Below the pieces are notes generated by a model that did not search any database, had not been told where the DNA came from, and saw nothing but the letters and a program-made list of their open reading frames with translations. This document shows positions 50,112 to 59,309 of a stretch of 64,000 bases of DNA, in pieces. The position numbers and the translations under genes were made by a program. The number at the start of each line of letters is the position of its first letter. The first letter of the stretch is position 1. Location: the IMG/VR virus record IMGVR_UViG_3300025844_000015, positions 1-64,000 of that record; one strand, given 5' to 3'. The stretch is from an uncultured virus (IMG/VR IMGVR_UViG_3300025844_000015) (Duplodnaviria > Heunggongvirae > Uroviricota > Caudoviricetes).

Positions 50112-50682
50112 TTAATGTACCCTCTCTAAACGATTGAATGTTGAAATCTCGTAACTCTTGAATAGATCTAGCTTCTTTAAGAGTAATTGAAACGTTCCAG
50201 ACGATAGGAACCGCGCCTTTTGGGGTTATGATATAATCGTTCTCTTCGTTCAAAGTTATGCTCAAATCGGTCATTCTAACTGCTACCTGTTTAAATTGAT
50301 TGTTAAGACCATTGAGAAAAAGTCTAGAAGGGGTTTTTGTATTAAACTCACCGTCACCAGTTTTTTCTGGCATCCTCCAAGATCGAAGGGTATTGACATA
50401 GGCTAAGTTGGTTTCTGCTTCTGATACAGTTCTAGAAACAAACGTGGCGTCTATTGAAAAGGTTCTGCTGGGGCTTCCCGTGTAAATCAATAAACTGGCA
50501 GCTTGTCTCATGTCCCCAACTTCAAGGTAGTTTGCTGTACCGGATTCAGACACATTGGGTTGTACGAAGAATACAACAACCCCGGTGGGTTGCCCTGTTG
50601 CTGCCGGTATCGTTTGTGTTTGTGCGTCGGTACCAATCTCTTCTTGGACCCGGCCAGTCAAAAATATAGGTTGTGCTACCAT
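50101..50682 (-). CDS. Putative tail tube initiator / baseplate tube-cap protein
   Basis: QPNVSES..ANY...Y.GSPSRTFSI...LRSW.MP...VPI...VSITLKE; TAAATA at 50706-50711. Confidence 0.6.
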   Translation of the reverse strand: MVAQPIFLTGRVQEEIGTDAQTQTIPAATGQPTGVVVFFVQPNVSESGTANYLEVGDMRQAASLLIYTGSPSRTFSIDATFVSRTVSEAETNLAYVNTLRSWRMPEKTGDGEFNTKTPSRLFLNGLNNQFKQVAVRMTDLSITLNEENDYIITPKGAVPIVWNVSITLKEARSIQELRDFNIQSFREGTLNGW

Positions 50683-50787
50683 GATTACTGTAAATCTGTT
50701 CCATCTATTTATATCCTATGGAAAGAGTCTATTTGTGGAAAAACAACTTTTTGTGTTGACCATAAATATCATCATTACAAACACACA

Positions 50788-51828
50788 ATGTCAATGAAAG
50801 AAGAATTTATATCAAACCCACTTATGGAAAAACGTAAAAGATCTCTTCCCGGAGTAACTTTTAGGTTGCCGTCTAGGGGTGAAATCTATAAAAAGGGTGT
50901 TCTGGCCGACAACGTTGAAAACGGTGAAATGGTAGTTTACCCAATGAGACTTAGAGAAGAACTTAAAATGAAATCTTTTGATTCAATCTTCCAAGGGAGT
51001 GCGGTATCTGAAACCATTTCATATTGTGTACCAGAGGTTTTAACTCCTGAAGAGTTGTGTCCAACGGATATAGATTATCTCATAACAGCAATTAAAAAAC
51101 AGAGTCATGGTAACGATTTTCTTTACAAAGATGTCTGTATGAAAATAGAAAAACTCGTGGACCGATCAAAATTAATCCAAGAGTCAGTCGAACAGGAATT
51201 TGAAGAATCCCAAAGAACTTCCAAATATGAAGAATCTCTGGATGATATCGGTGAACAGCTAAGAAATCTAGACAATCAAATTGGCAAAGAAAATACTAAA
51301 GTAGAAAATAAAGAACGTGAATTTGACCCGGTGCTGGATAACGAGAATAACACAGGAATTGTCAGCAAATTTTGTGAATTTAAAATTCCGCTGTCTCATT
51401 TTCTGGATTCCTCCACAGAAATTGACCCGGATCTTTATGAAGAAAAGAAAAGATTCGATTTTAAAGGTTTTGATATAGAACTCCAACAAATTAGCTTTAA
51501 AGCATTCAAAGAAATCAGTAATTTGAGATTACAAGATAACCCACATGCTATGGGTGAAGAAAAATACTTCGAATATGTGAACAAATTCTCCAACGTAAAC
51601 CTAGCTAGAAGAATTCGTGTCGTTGACAACATCGAAAACCAAGACCAGATAGAAGAATGGGTTAACTCTTTTAGTCTGGAGGATAGAACCGAATTACTTG
51701 ACAGAATAGCCGATGCGTTTAACTGGGGAATAGACTTCAATTATACAATAACCTGTTCGGCTTGTGGGAAAAGCAAAGATATTGACATGTCTTACCTAAA
51801 CCCTTTGTATTTTTTTTTAACATCCTAG
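50788..51828 (+). CDS. Baseplate hub / tail assembly chaperone (gp26-like)
   Basis: NPL...FRLPSRG..Y...VYPM...E..MK...DIDYLITAI...CSACG...NPLYFF; TAAATA at 50763-50768; ATG at 50788. Confidence 0.75.
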   Translation: MSMKEEFISNPLMEKRKRSLPGVTFRLPSRGEIYKKGVLADNVENGEMVVYPMRLREELKMKSFDSIFQGSAVSETISYCVPEVLTPEELCPTDIDYLITAIKKQSHGNDFLYKDVCMKIEKLVDRSKLIQESVEQEFEESQRTSKYEESLDDIGEQLRNLDNQIGKENTKVENKEREFDPVLDNENNTGIVSKFCEFKIPLSHFLDSSTEIDPDLYEEKKRFDFKGFDIELQQISFKAFKEISNLRLQDNPHAMGEEKYFEYVNKFSNVNLARRIRVVDNIENQDQIEEWVNSFSLEDRTELLDRIADAFNWGIDFNYTITCSACGKSKDIDMSYLNPLYFFLTS

Positions 51829-52067
51829 CGAGTAACGATAGGAGTGCGCTGAAGCGATATTCACAATCCTTGAATGTAGGTATGCAAAATTTAATTAAAA
51901 GTGCTATTCACTTAGCCTATTTCATGAGAGGTGGTGTTCAATACGAGGACATCCTAGATAGGACCTTCTACGAACGAAAGATGATGATGGAATATATCAA
52001 CGAAAGACTACAGTATGAAACAAAAAAACTTAAAGACACCAAGGGCAAACTCCCTCCGATATATTAA
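51810..52067 (+). CDS. Chaperone C-terminal module (gp51-like), open in the -1 frame from the T9 run
   Basis: AYFMRGGVQYEDIL.RT.YER motif; frame open from 51810 to the stop at 52067. Confidence 0.7.
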   Translation, partial: FFFNILASNDRSALKRYSQSLNVGMQNLIKSAIHLAYFMRGGVQYEDILDRTFYERKMMMEYINERLQYETKKLKDTKGKLPPIY

Positions 52068-52783
52068 TGAACATAGTAGCTATTGATCCATCAACCACTT
52101 GTACCGGGATATGTATAAACGGAAACCGAATGGTTGCCGTTGCCCAAGAAAGTTTAGTATGTTCTAAAAAAGGTGACTTCGTGAAATGGTTTGATCTCGC
52201 ATCCAATATTTGTGAAATTAAAACATACGAAAATTACAAAGAGAAAGAAACTTTTACCGGTGTAGAAGTGGAAAAATTGCGATACTATCAAACAATAGCA
52301 AATATTGTAATCAAAACAGTTGAAGAAAAATATAAGCCACATGATACAAAAATTTGTATCGAAGGGTTTAGTTATAACTCCAAAGCTGGAAATCTTATAG
52401 ATCTTGTAACTTTTTCGACTCTAATACGAAGTCGCTTTCTCAACAACGGTTATGGGCTTATTGTCGTTCCACCCATGTCCCTCAAACAAGGTGCTGCTAA
52501 ATTGGTATACCCGCGCGTTGACATAAAAAATAAAGACAGAGACCCAAAACTGACTCCATTGAAACCTAAATTTATGTACCTAAACCCCGAGGGTGTTCCG
52601 GGGGGGAAATTCAAAAAACATGAAATGCTTCGTGCAATCGTAGATTCTCATTTTAAAGACGACTGGAAGAAATTTATTGACGCCAATTATTCAGATATCA
52701 GTTCTATGAAGTCAATACCTGCACCTATCGCAGATTTGAATGACGCCTATTTACTATACCATTACATCAAAGATGATAAATAA
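52067..52783 (+). CDS. RuvC-like Holliday junction resolvase
   Basis: IVAIDPSTTCTG...ICIEGFSY...PP.SLK...DLNDAY acidic motif order. Confidence 0.75.
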   Translation: MNIVAIDPSTTCTGICINGNRMVAVAQESLVCSKKGDFVKWFDLASNICEIKTYENYKEKETFTGVEVEKLRYYQTIANIVIKTVEEKYKPHDTKICIEGFSYNSKAGNLIDLVTFSTLIRSRFLNNGYGLIVVPPMSLKQGAAKLVYPRVDIKNKDRDPKLTPLKPKFMYLNPEGVPGGKFKKHEMLRAIVDSHFKDDWKKFIDANYSDISSMKSIPAPIADLNDAYLLYHYIKDDK

Positions 52784-52807
52784 TTGTAAATTGAAACATC
52801 TATACAT

Positions 52808-54127
52808 ATGAAAATTTTACAAGTACTTGAGGCCACTACCTACATGACGGATATTTCGTCAAATGATTTCGGTCAAATGAGCCAATTTTTCTCTTTTCTT
52901 GAAAAAGAAAAAAAGGGGTACAATCTCTCTCTGGATGATGTAATGCGTTTTGTGCTAACAATCAAAAGCAAAAAGAGCGCTCTGCGAAACGTAGCAGGTT
53001 CAGGAGAAGAAATATCAAGGTCCCTTGCTTCGTCAACTGTCGGAAGAGAAGCCAATCTTGCAAGAGGGTTCAGTGATACCAAAGATGTAAATCTAGGTGA
53101 AACCAGTATTGATAATATGCATGCAGTAGGAAAAGCATTAGAGGCCGCAGGATATGCAGAACTAAACGATGATCCACGCAAATCAACAATAGACCGAGAC
53201 GCAACCGCGAGATTATTGAAATTCATCAACACTATTAAAGCTAGTGGTTTCAATACACCACGACAGGTAGCTCAAAATTTCGAGAAGGCCGTTGGTTCAT
53301 ATCGCCGTGGTGTAGAGGGCTTCAAACAAGATATCGGTAGAGGGAACAGTGATCTTGATATTGCTAAAGATCGAGTAAGTAATATAACACCAAACATGTT
53401 AATGTTTCTGGCCGCAGTAGTAAAGAAAAAAGGTAGAAGTGAAGCGTGGGACAACTACCTAAACCCTGATAACTATGATGAACCACCGTTGCCGGGTTAT
53501 ACTCCGGGGTCATACAATCCCCGTGAAGCCGCTAAAGAACTAATAGCTATGGGACTTACAACCAAAACACCCAAAAAAGGACTGATAACTCTAAACAAGG
53601 ATGCAATTAAAAAATCGGTTTCAGCCCTCCGCAACGAGTTAGAAGAATTAAAAACAGGTAGCATCGAACAACCCGGTAACGTTAACACAAAAAGTCTAAA
53701 AGCCGTTGAACAAAATGCTAAAGCGTTAATCGACAAGATTGACTCAATGGTTCCTAATGACATCAAACGACTGGCAGAAAGTAAACTAGCAGCGGCACTT
53801 AGAAAAGCCAGTGAAGATACCGGTGACGATTCTTTTATTCAAGCCTATAACTTGTATACTAACAAACTAGCCCAATCAAGCGAAAGTGAAGCCGTGGGTG
53901 ATGCTTCCGAAAGAATCAAAAAAACCCACTTAGGTAGTGTTATCGCTTTCCTGAGAGCCAGAATCATCGGTCGCATGCTTTACCATTACGCATCGATGGT
54001 AATAGGCGATGGAAAAAAGTGGAAAGCACCAAACAAAGACTATGGATTTACTGGTCCAAAAGAACTATCTATGGTAAGAAGCGCGCTCAAAAGTGGCGAT
54101 GCATTAAAAACGTCACGTCTTTACTGA
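52808..54127 (+). CDS. Hypothetical late protein, possibly head-internal (MKILQVLE/A leader)
   Basis: TAAATA at 52777-52782; 439-aa ORF. Confidence 0.75.
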   Translation: MKILQVLEATTYMTDISSNDFGQMSQFFSFLEKEKKGYNLSLDDVMRFVLTIKSKKSALRNVAGSGEEISRSLASSTVGREANLARGFSDTKDVNLGETSIDNMHAVGKALEAAGYAELNDDPRKSTIDRDATARLLKFINTIKASGFNTPRQVAQNFEKAVGSYRRGVEGFKQDIGRGNSDLDIAKDRVSNITPNMLMFLAAVVKKKGRSEAWDNYLNPDNYDEPPLPGYTPGSYNPREAAKELIAMGLTTKTPKKGLITLNKDAIKKSVSALRNELEELKTGSIEQPGNVNTKSLKAVEQNAKALIDKIDSMVPNDIKRLAESKLAAALRKASEDTGDDSFIQAYNLYTNKLAQSSESEAVGDASERIKKTHLGSVIAFLRARIIGRMLYHYASMVIGDGKKWKAPNKDYGFTGPKELSMVRSALKSGDALKTSRLY

Positions 54128-54134
54128 AAAAAGC

Positions 54135-54166
54135 TTGACTTCACCTTCCCCAAGCATATATAAATA
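54135..54166 (+). promoter_or_regulatory. Composite promoter: sigma70-like TTGACT...TATA plus TATAAATA late motif, with no CDS directly downstream
   Basis: TTGACT at 54135-54140; TATAAATA at 54159-54166. Confidence 0.7.
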
Positions 54167-54167
54167 A

Positions 54168-54502
54168 CCCTGTTCCCAACTTTGCAGTAAAGGAACACTT
54201 ACAATTTGCATATCCCGAACAGGCTGCACAAATGTCGGACAGGGTGGATAGTAGACGATGAGGTTGCTATCCCATAGAAAAGCCCTAAAGGTCTGAATGA
54301 GGGGATTATACGTTGGTAACGCTTTCGGGACAGGCTGGACGTATAAATCCTAGACTCATGAAAACAAGTTCATTGTTCATCGCAGTGAAAGGTCTTGGAT
54401 CAATATTGATCGCGAATGACTGGAGATCGTCTTTGTACTGCAAATACAATGATCTTGTTATGGTAGTAGCAAGATAGATTCACCTACCTAGGTTGGAACG
54501 GG
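54168..54502 (+). ncRNA. Putative large structured non-coding RNA of unknown family (about 335 nt)
   Basis: Ends pair (54168-54180 with 54492-54502); long-range helix 54181-54189/54436-54444; several internal hairpins with G-U pairs; loop-loop complementarity 54213-54219/54324-54330; promoter directly upstream; no ORF of 60 aa or more. Confidence 0.65.
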
Positions 54503-54626
54503 AAATTTCCTAAACAAATTTATTATACAATTTTGTTAAAAAATGGGGGAGAGTATTTTAAAACCCTTCAAAAAATATTCAAAAACACTGTAACCTACAA
54601 AATAGAAATAAAACAGAAACAAAATA

Positions 54627-54675
54627 AAGAATGTAAATGCGAACGGAGCGAAGCGTAGTGAGTATTTACATTCTT
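54627..54675. other. Inverted repeat enclosing a GCGAAGC mini-hairpin in an A-rich intergenic tract (origin-like)
   Basis: AAGAATGTAAATGC...GTATTTACATTCTT arms; GCGAAGC at 54648-54654. Confidence 0.5.
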
Positions 54676-54829
54676 GTAAAAAAAAAACGAAATAACAAAT
54701 TAATGGGGACCCCTTCGGGTCCCTCGGAGTCCGCTGTCGCGAACATCCGACTTGCTCTGCGCTCTTTAATAAGGTACAATATACGGTACACCCAAATAGG
54801 TACAGACAAATGAACTACAAACAAATAGG

Positions 54830-57541
54830 TTGAATATGAAACACGAAGAGATACTTGAAAATAACGAAAAGAAAATTCTAGAGACACTAGGAAACAGAAG
54901 TGTGTTCGACGCTTGGAAGAAAGCTCTAAATTACACGCCCAGAGATTCTCAAGAGAAGGTAATGGAGTGGATTGATACGTTGCCACCTGAAATCAAGTAC
55001 ATTTTAGTAGAAGCCCCCGTAGGCTGTCATGCAATAGATACACCAATAATAGGCTATGACGGACACATCAAACTGGTTCAAGAAATAAAGGTTGGGGATC
55101 AACTAATGGGACCTGATGGAAAAAAGCGTACCGTTTTGGAACTGCATCGAGGTACTCAACAGATGTATAAGATAACACCGGTAAAAGGTGACCCATTTGT
55201 CGTCAACCAAGACCACATACTATCGTTGAAAACCACTCCGCTGGGAGGTAGGTACAATGTGTCAGGGAGCGAAATAGTAAACATTTCTGTTCGTGATTAT
55301 CTGAATAAATCGAATCACTTTAAAAGAAATCACAAACTGTATCGACCGGATTTCATTGAATTTACGGATTCTCAGTCTTTTCAGTCTTGCAACGAAAAAC
55401 AGCAAGAGATAAACCCATATTTCATGGGAGTACTGTTGGGGGATGGATGTATGAAAAAATGTGCTTCAGTTACCACTATCGATTATCAAATTGCACAGAC
55501 CGTATATGAACAAGCGGAAGTATTTGGACTTGAGGTTAGGGAACAAGTCAAAGAATCTACACATGCAATACAGTATTACTTGTCTAGTGGAAGGTCTCAG
55601 CTATATGAAGACCGAAACCGCTTGATCGATATTCTGAAGAGAAACGGCTTGTATGGAAAAACTTCAGGGAATAAGTTTATTCCACACATGTACAAGGTTG
55701 GAAATAAGTTAACACGACTCGAAATACTGGCAGGGCTTATAGACACCGATGGAAGTCACAACGGTAGAGGGGGTTTTGATTATGTAACTAAATCCCCCCA
55801 GTTGGCAGAAGACATTAAGTTCATATGCAGAAGTTTGGGACTATCTGTAAATTCCAGTATAAAGACGGTAGATGGAAAAAAATATGCAAGAATATGTATT
55901 AGTGGTAACACAGATATTATACCTACCCGTTTGGAGAGAAAAAAGGCACCACCTCGAAAACAAAAAAAGAGACCCACAGTGACCGGGTTTTCGATAGAAA
56001 AACTTGATGTAGATGAATATTACGGCTTTTCTCTGGATGAAGACCATCTCTATTTGTTGGGGGATTTCATAGTAACACACAATTCAGGAAAATCTAATTT
56101 AGCAATGGCATTCAGTTCTTACATTAGTGATAGAATGGGTGATTCGTTCATATTAACTCCACAGAAAACGCTACAGCGCCAATATGAAGAGTCATTTGAA
56201 AAACATCTTCTTTTTTCTGTATACGGAAGAAGTAATTATGAATGCGAACAAAAAAACACGACTTGTGATGTAGGCGCGGATATTAAACCTGCATGTGATA
56301 ATTGTCCCGCTAAACTCGCAAGAGATATGTCTATTACATCACCTAATGCCGTAATGAACTATACATTAGCTCTAACTTATTTCAAATACTTGAGAAAAAT
56401 GATTCCCCCTAGAAATTTAATGGTGTTGGATGAAGCACATACCTTGGAATCCAACCTTGTCGAATTCAGTTCGATTTCTGTAACGGACAAGAAATGTAAG
56501 AAATACAACGTCAAGTTCCAGTTCGCTCGTAGCGCCGCTGAGGCCATAAATTGGATAAGTCGTACCTATCTACCTGCCGTCGAAGCAAAATCGATAGAGC
56601 TACGTAAGAAGGTGACTGAGATCGAAACTAGAGGTGGGGCACTGAGTAAATCTGACATACAGACTGTTCGTGCTGCCATAACAGCCACGGAACATCGTAA
56701 CCAATTAGTAGATCTAGTAGAAATGGACATGTCTCTAATAGACAAGAAATACGTCCTTGTGTCTGAAAAAGTTGGATTCAAATTCAAGGAACTCTACGCC
56801 AAGAATAATTTTAAAAACATTTGTTTACCAATGGCAAATCGTTTTCTCTTTATGTCATCTACTATTCTGGATAAAGACGAATTCTGTCGAGACTTGGGGA
56901 TCGACCCAGATGAGTCTGCTATGATTTCTCTTGATTCCGAATTTCCAGAAGAAAACAGGGAAGTAATATTTTCTCCCGTTACCAAAATGAATTATGGGTG
57001 GAACTCTGAAGAAAGAACACAAGATCGTAAGAAGATGATGACCCACATCAATCATGTATGTAGCTATCATGCGGACGAGTCGGGTGTGATACACACGGGT
57101 TCTTTCCAAGTTTCCCAGTGGATTCTTGAAAACATAAAGACAAATCATAGAATCATTCATCATAATCCCGGTTTCAATCTTAGTAGAGATGAAGCTATTG
57201 ACACCTTTTTGGAGTGTTCTGAAAAAGAACCAACTTTGCTGATATCTCCTTCTGTGACTGAAGGCATGGACTTGAAGGATAATCGCGGAAGATTTGCACT
57301 TATAGTCAAAGTTCCGTATCCGTATTTAGGAGATGCGTGGACAAAACGACGTATGCAGATTTCCAAGGACTGGTACAACCGACAGGCTATTACAGGAATA
57401 ATTCAGGGTTGTGGTAGAGTTGTACGTTCCAAGGATGACTGGGGTACGGTATACATTCTCGACGAGTCCTTCGAATATTTGTATAATCAGACTAGAAAAA
57501 TGATTCCATCATGGTGGAAGAGAGGATTGACAGTAGTATGA
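54830..57541 (+). CDS. DinG/Rad3-like SF2 helicase containing an intein
   Basis: EAPVG|intein|SGKS Walker A, LQRQY, Cys cluster, VLDEAH, MSSTI, SPSVTEGMD and QGCGRVVRSKDDWG motifs. Confidence 0.92.
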   Translation: MNMKHEEILENNEKKILETLGNRSVFDAWKKALNYTPRDSQEKVMEWIDTLPPEIKYILVEAPVGCHAIDTPIIGYDGHIKLVQEIKVGDQLMGPDGKKRTVLELHRGTQQMYKITPVKGDPFVVNQDHILSLKTTPLGGRYNVSGSEIVNISVRDYLNKSNHFKRNHKLYRPDFIEFTDSQSFQSCNEKQQEINPYFMGVLLGDGCMKKCASVTTIDYQIAQTVYEQAEVFGLEVREQVKESTHAIQYYLSSGRSQLYEDRNRLIDILKRNGLYGKTSGNKFIPHMYKVGNKLTRLEILAGLIDTDGSHNGRGGFDYVTKSPQLAEDIKFICRSLGLSVNSSIKTVDGKKYARICISGNTDIIPTRLERKKAPPRKQKKRPTVTGFSIEKLDVDEYYGFSLDEDHLYLLGDFIVTHNSGKSNLAMAFSSYISDRMGDSFILTPQKTLQRQYEESFEKHLLFSVYGRSNYECEQKNTTCDVGADIKPACDNCPAKLARDMSITSPNAVMNYTLALTYFKYLRKMIPPRNLMVLDEAHTLESNLVEFSSISVTDKKCKKYNVKFQFARSAAEAINWISRTYLPAVEAKSIELRKKVTEIETRGGALSKSDIQTVRAAITATEHRNQLVDLVEMDMSLIDKKYVLVSEKVGFKFKELYAKNNFKNICLPMANRFLFMSSTILDKDEFCRDLGIDPDESAMISLDSEFPEENREVIFSPVTKMNYGWNSEERTQDRKKMMTHINHVCSYHADESGVIHTGSFQVSQWILENIKTNHRIIHHNPGFNLSRDEAIDTFLECSEKEPTLLISPSVTEGMDLKDNRGRFALIVKVPYPYLGDAWTKRRMQISKDWYNRQAITGIIQGCGRVVRSKDDWGTVYILDESFEYLYNQTRKMIPSWWKRGLTVV
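55025..56083 (+). mobile_element. Contiguous intein (353 aa) with LAGLIDADG homing endonuclease in the helicase P-loop
   Basis: Starts CHAIDTPI; VNQDHIL; MGVLLGDG and LAGLIDTDG motifs; ends FIVTHN|S. Confidence 0.95.
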
Positions 57542-57754
57542 AAACATTTCAAGTTTCAGTACAGGCCAATATAGTTGCAATTGATGATGTTGTGGCGGAG
57601 GATTCCGACGAGGCTATCCAAAAGGTTTTGTCGGATATCAGGGCTGACGGTTATGATATATGGGGAGATTTTTCTGCACATGCAGAAGAGGTAACCTACG
57701 AGTAAGACTAAATCGATATCATTCATATTGATGATTCCATCGTGGTGGAAAAGA
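57500..57754 (+). repeat. 24-nt imperfect direct repeat (helicase 3' end, MIPSWWKR) flanking the small ORF
   Basis: ATGATTCCATCATGGTGGAAGAGA at 57500-57523 versus ATGATTCCATCGTGGTGGAAAAGA at 57731-57754 (22/24 identical). Confidence 0.85.
57538..57705 (+). CDS. Small acidic hypothetical protein
   Basis: ATGA overlap with the helicase stop; GAGG RBS; V.AEDSDEAI motif. Confidence 0.65.
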   Translation: MKTFQVSVQANIVAIDDVVAEDSDEAIQKVLSDIRADGYDIWGDFSAHAEEVTYE

Positions 57755-57816
57755 CGCAAAAAGGCTTATAGAAGACAACATCATCCGAGGCAGAGAATTA
57801 AGACAGCGTTTCATGG

Positions 57817-58038
57817 ATGATTATAAAAAACCACGCTTACTGTCCGGAATGTGGGAGTGACAATTCCATATCCACCTTAATGAGCTTTACATTTGATACC
57901 GACGACCCGGATAGTTACGAAGATAGAAACAACGTGACATGTTGTTGCTGTAGTTGGAAAGGAATTGCACATGATTTGGTTGGAAATCAAAAAAAAGATT
58001 TACAGAGAGAATTTCGTATAAATATTAAAACAAGTTGA
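57817..58038 (+). CDS. Small zinc-ribbon protein
   Basis: CPECGS ... CCCCSWKG..HDL. Confidence 0.65.
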   Translation: MIIKNHAYCPECGSDNSISTLMSFTFDTDDPDSYEDRNNVTCCCCSWKGIAHDLVGNQKKDLQREFRINIKTS

Positions 58039-58051
58039 GAAGATATAGAAG

Positions 58052-58681
58052 ATGTCAAAAATAATATACACTACGGAAAACGAAAACGAAAGACCAAAAC
58101 AAACCAATGCGGATACTGCTCCTCCTTTAAATCTGGTATATGGCCAAGAAGACACGAACACACGCCCCAAAAGAAGGACAGTATTGCAGCATTATCTCGA
58201 AGAAAACTCTTATTACGTTTATGATTCGGAAAGCAGAAAAACTTTTGCAGAAACTGTAACCGGCAGTTTAATCACAGAAGATTTCACTACGGACTGGTTG
58301 TTGAATGCTGCACAATCGCAGGGAGAATCTCCTTTTTTTGGTGAATGTTATAGTGTTGAACAAGCACAGACTCCAGTCCTTTTGAGCATAGATTACGACG
58401 GGGACAAATCGTATTATTCTTTGTCACTGATATTGCGGTACATTGGATCACAACCATCTACAACCGTGGAAATGGTGTTGACCTATAACGACGGCTCTGA
58501 TAATGTCGAACACAATTTTAATTTTGAGGTTAATAACGGAGAAGATCGCGAGGTTAATATAGATTTAACTGCTCTTGGGATTACACCCGTATCTTTCGTG
58601 AATATTTTATTGACACCAGATTTGGTGGAATACGACATATTCAGGTTGTGTGATATAACGGGTGTCCGTATGTCCGGTTAA
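58052..58681 (+). CDS. Late protein consisting mostly of the Cys-bracketed beta-rich domain shared with the 4439 and 32050 proteins
   Basis: TATAAATA at 58017-58024; TTDW...PFFGECY...EVNNG...YDIFRLCDI. Confidence 0.7.
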   Translation: MSKIIYTTENENERPKQTNADTAPPLNLVYGQEDTNTRPKRRTVLQHYLEENSYYVYDSESRKTFAETVTGSLITEDFTTDWLLNAAQSQGESPFFGECYSVEQAQTPVLLSIDYDGDKSYYSLSLILRYIGSQPSTTVEMVLTYNDGSDNVEHNFNFEVNNGEDREVNIDLTALGITPVSFVNILLTPDLVEYDIFRLCDITGVRMSG

Positions 58682-58685
58682 TCTA

Positions 58686-59309
58686 ATGATTGACGTTGCT
58701 ATAATTTGTAGTGGAAGCAGGGAAAGTTATTTCAAAGAATGTTTACTCAGTTTGGAAAAAGAGCCCGTAAACATATGTGTAGTAGATAAACAGAAAACTC
58801 TTGGCGACGGAAGAATAAAATCTTATGAAGCTGGAGTAAACAGGTTTGTATGCTTTGTTGATGACGATGATGTTATTATTCCCGGAGCTTTTGATCGTGC
58901 TTTGTTTAAAATTAAGTTAGAGTCGAATATATCCGCATATTATTCTAACCATTTAGTTGTTACCGAAGATTTGTCTACCGTTATCGGACGTAGGTTTTCT
59001 AAATTGTCGTCACCCGGCTTATTACAAGACGCACAAATGCACCACATAGTAGTATATGACAGAAATACTATAAGCCCTGTTATTGGTTATCTGAGGGGGG
59101 TTCATACTCGCGACAGAAGGTTGCTGAATTACCATTCTATAATGAATGGTCGGGTTATTGGAGATTTGAACCATGGCGCAATGTGGAGAATACATTCTGG
59201 GAATAACCATAAAACCGCAGACATCAGATCCAATCCACCGGAATGGTTCGCAAAGATAGAAGAACTGGAAAAAGATATCATCGACAAATTCTCCAAAATA
59301 GTCAGGTGA
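58686..59309 (+). CDS. GT2-like glycosyltransferase, paralog 3
   Basis: ECLLSL...FVCFVDDDD...AYYSNH...QMHHIVVY...MWRIH; ATG at 58686. Confidence 0.8.
   Translation: MIDVAIICSGSRESYFKECLLSLEKEPVNICVVDKQKTLGDGRIKSYEAGVNRFVCFVDDDDVIIPGAFDRALFKIKLESNISAYYSNHLVVTEDLSTVIGRRFSKLSSPGLLQDAQMHHIVVYDRNTISPVIGYLRGVHTRDRRLLNYHSIMNGRVIGDLNHGAMWRIHSGNNHKTADIRSNPPEWFAKIEELEKDIIDKFSKIVR

Noticed and set aside
50503..50787. Long N-terminal extension of the gp26-like ORF in the ORF track
   Set aside because: Overlaps the opposite-strand gene 50101-50682, has atypical Cys-rich composition and lies upstream of the TAAATA promoter; ATG 50788 preferred.
54168..54502. Identification of the structured element as tmRNA, RNase P RNA, a tRNA cluster or a group I intron
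   Set aside because: No GGGG…CCACCA acceptor or T-arm, no GAGGAAAGUCC/CR-V match, no convincing P7 R/S pair and no flanking exons; left as unknown family.
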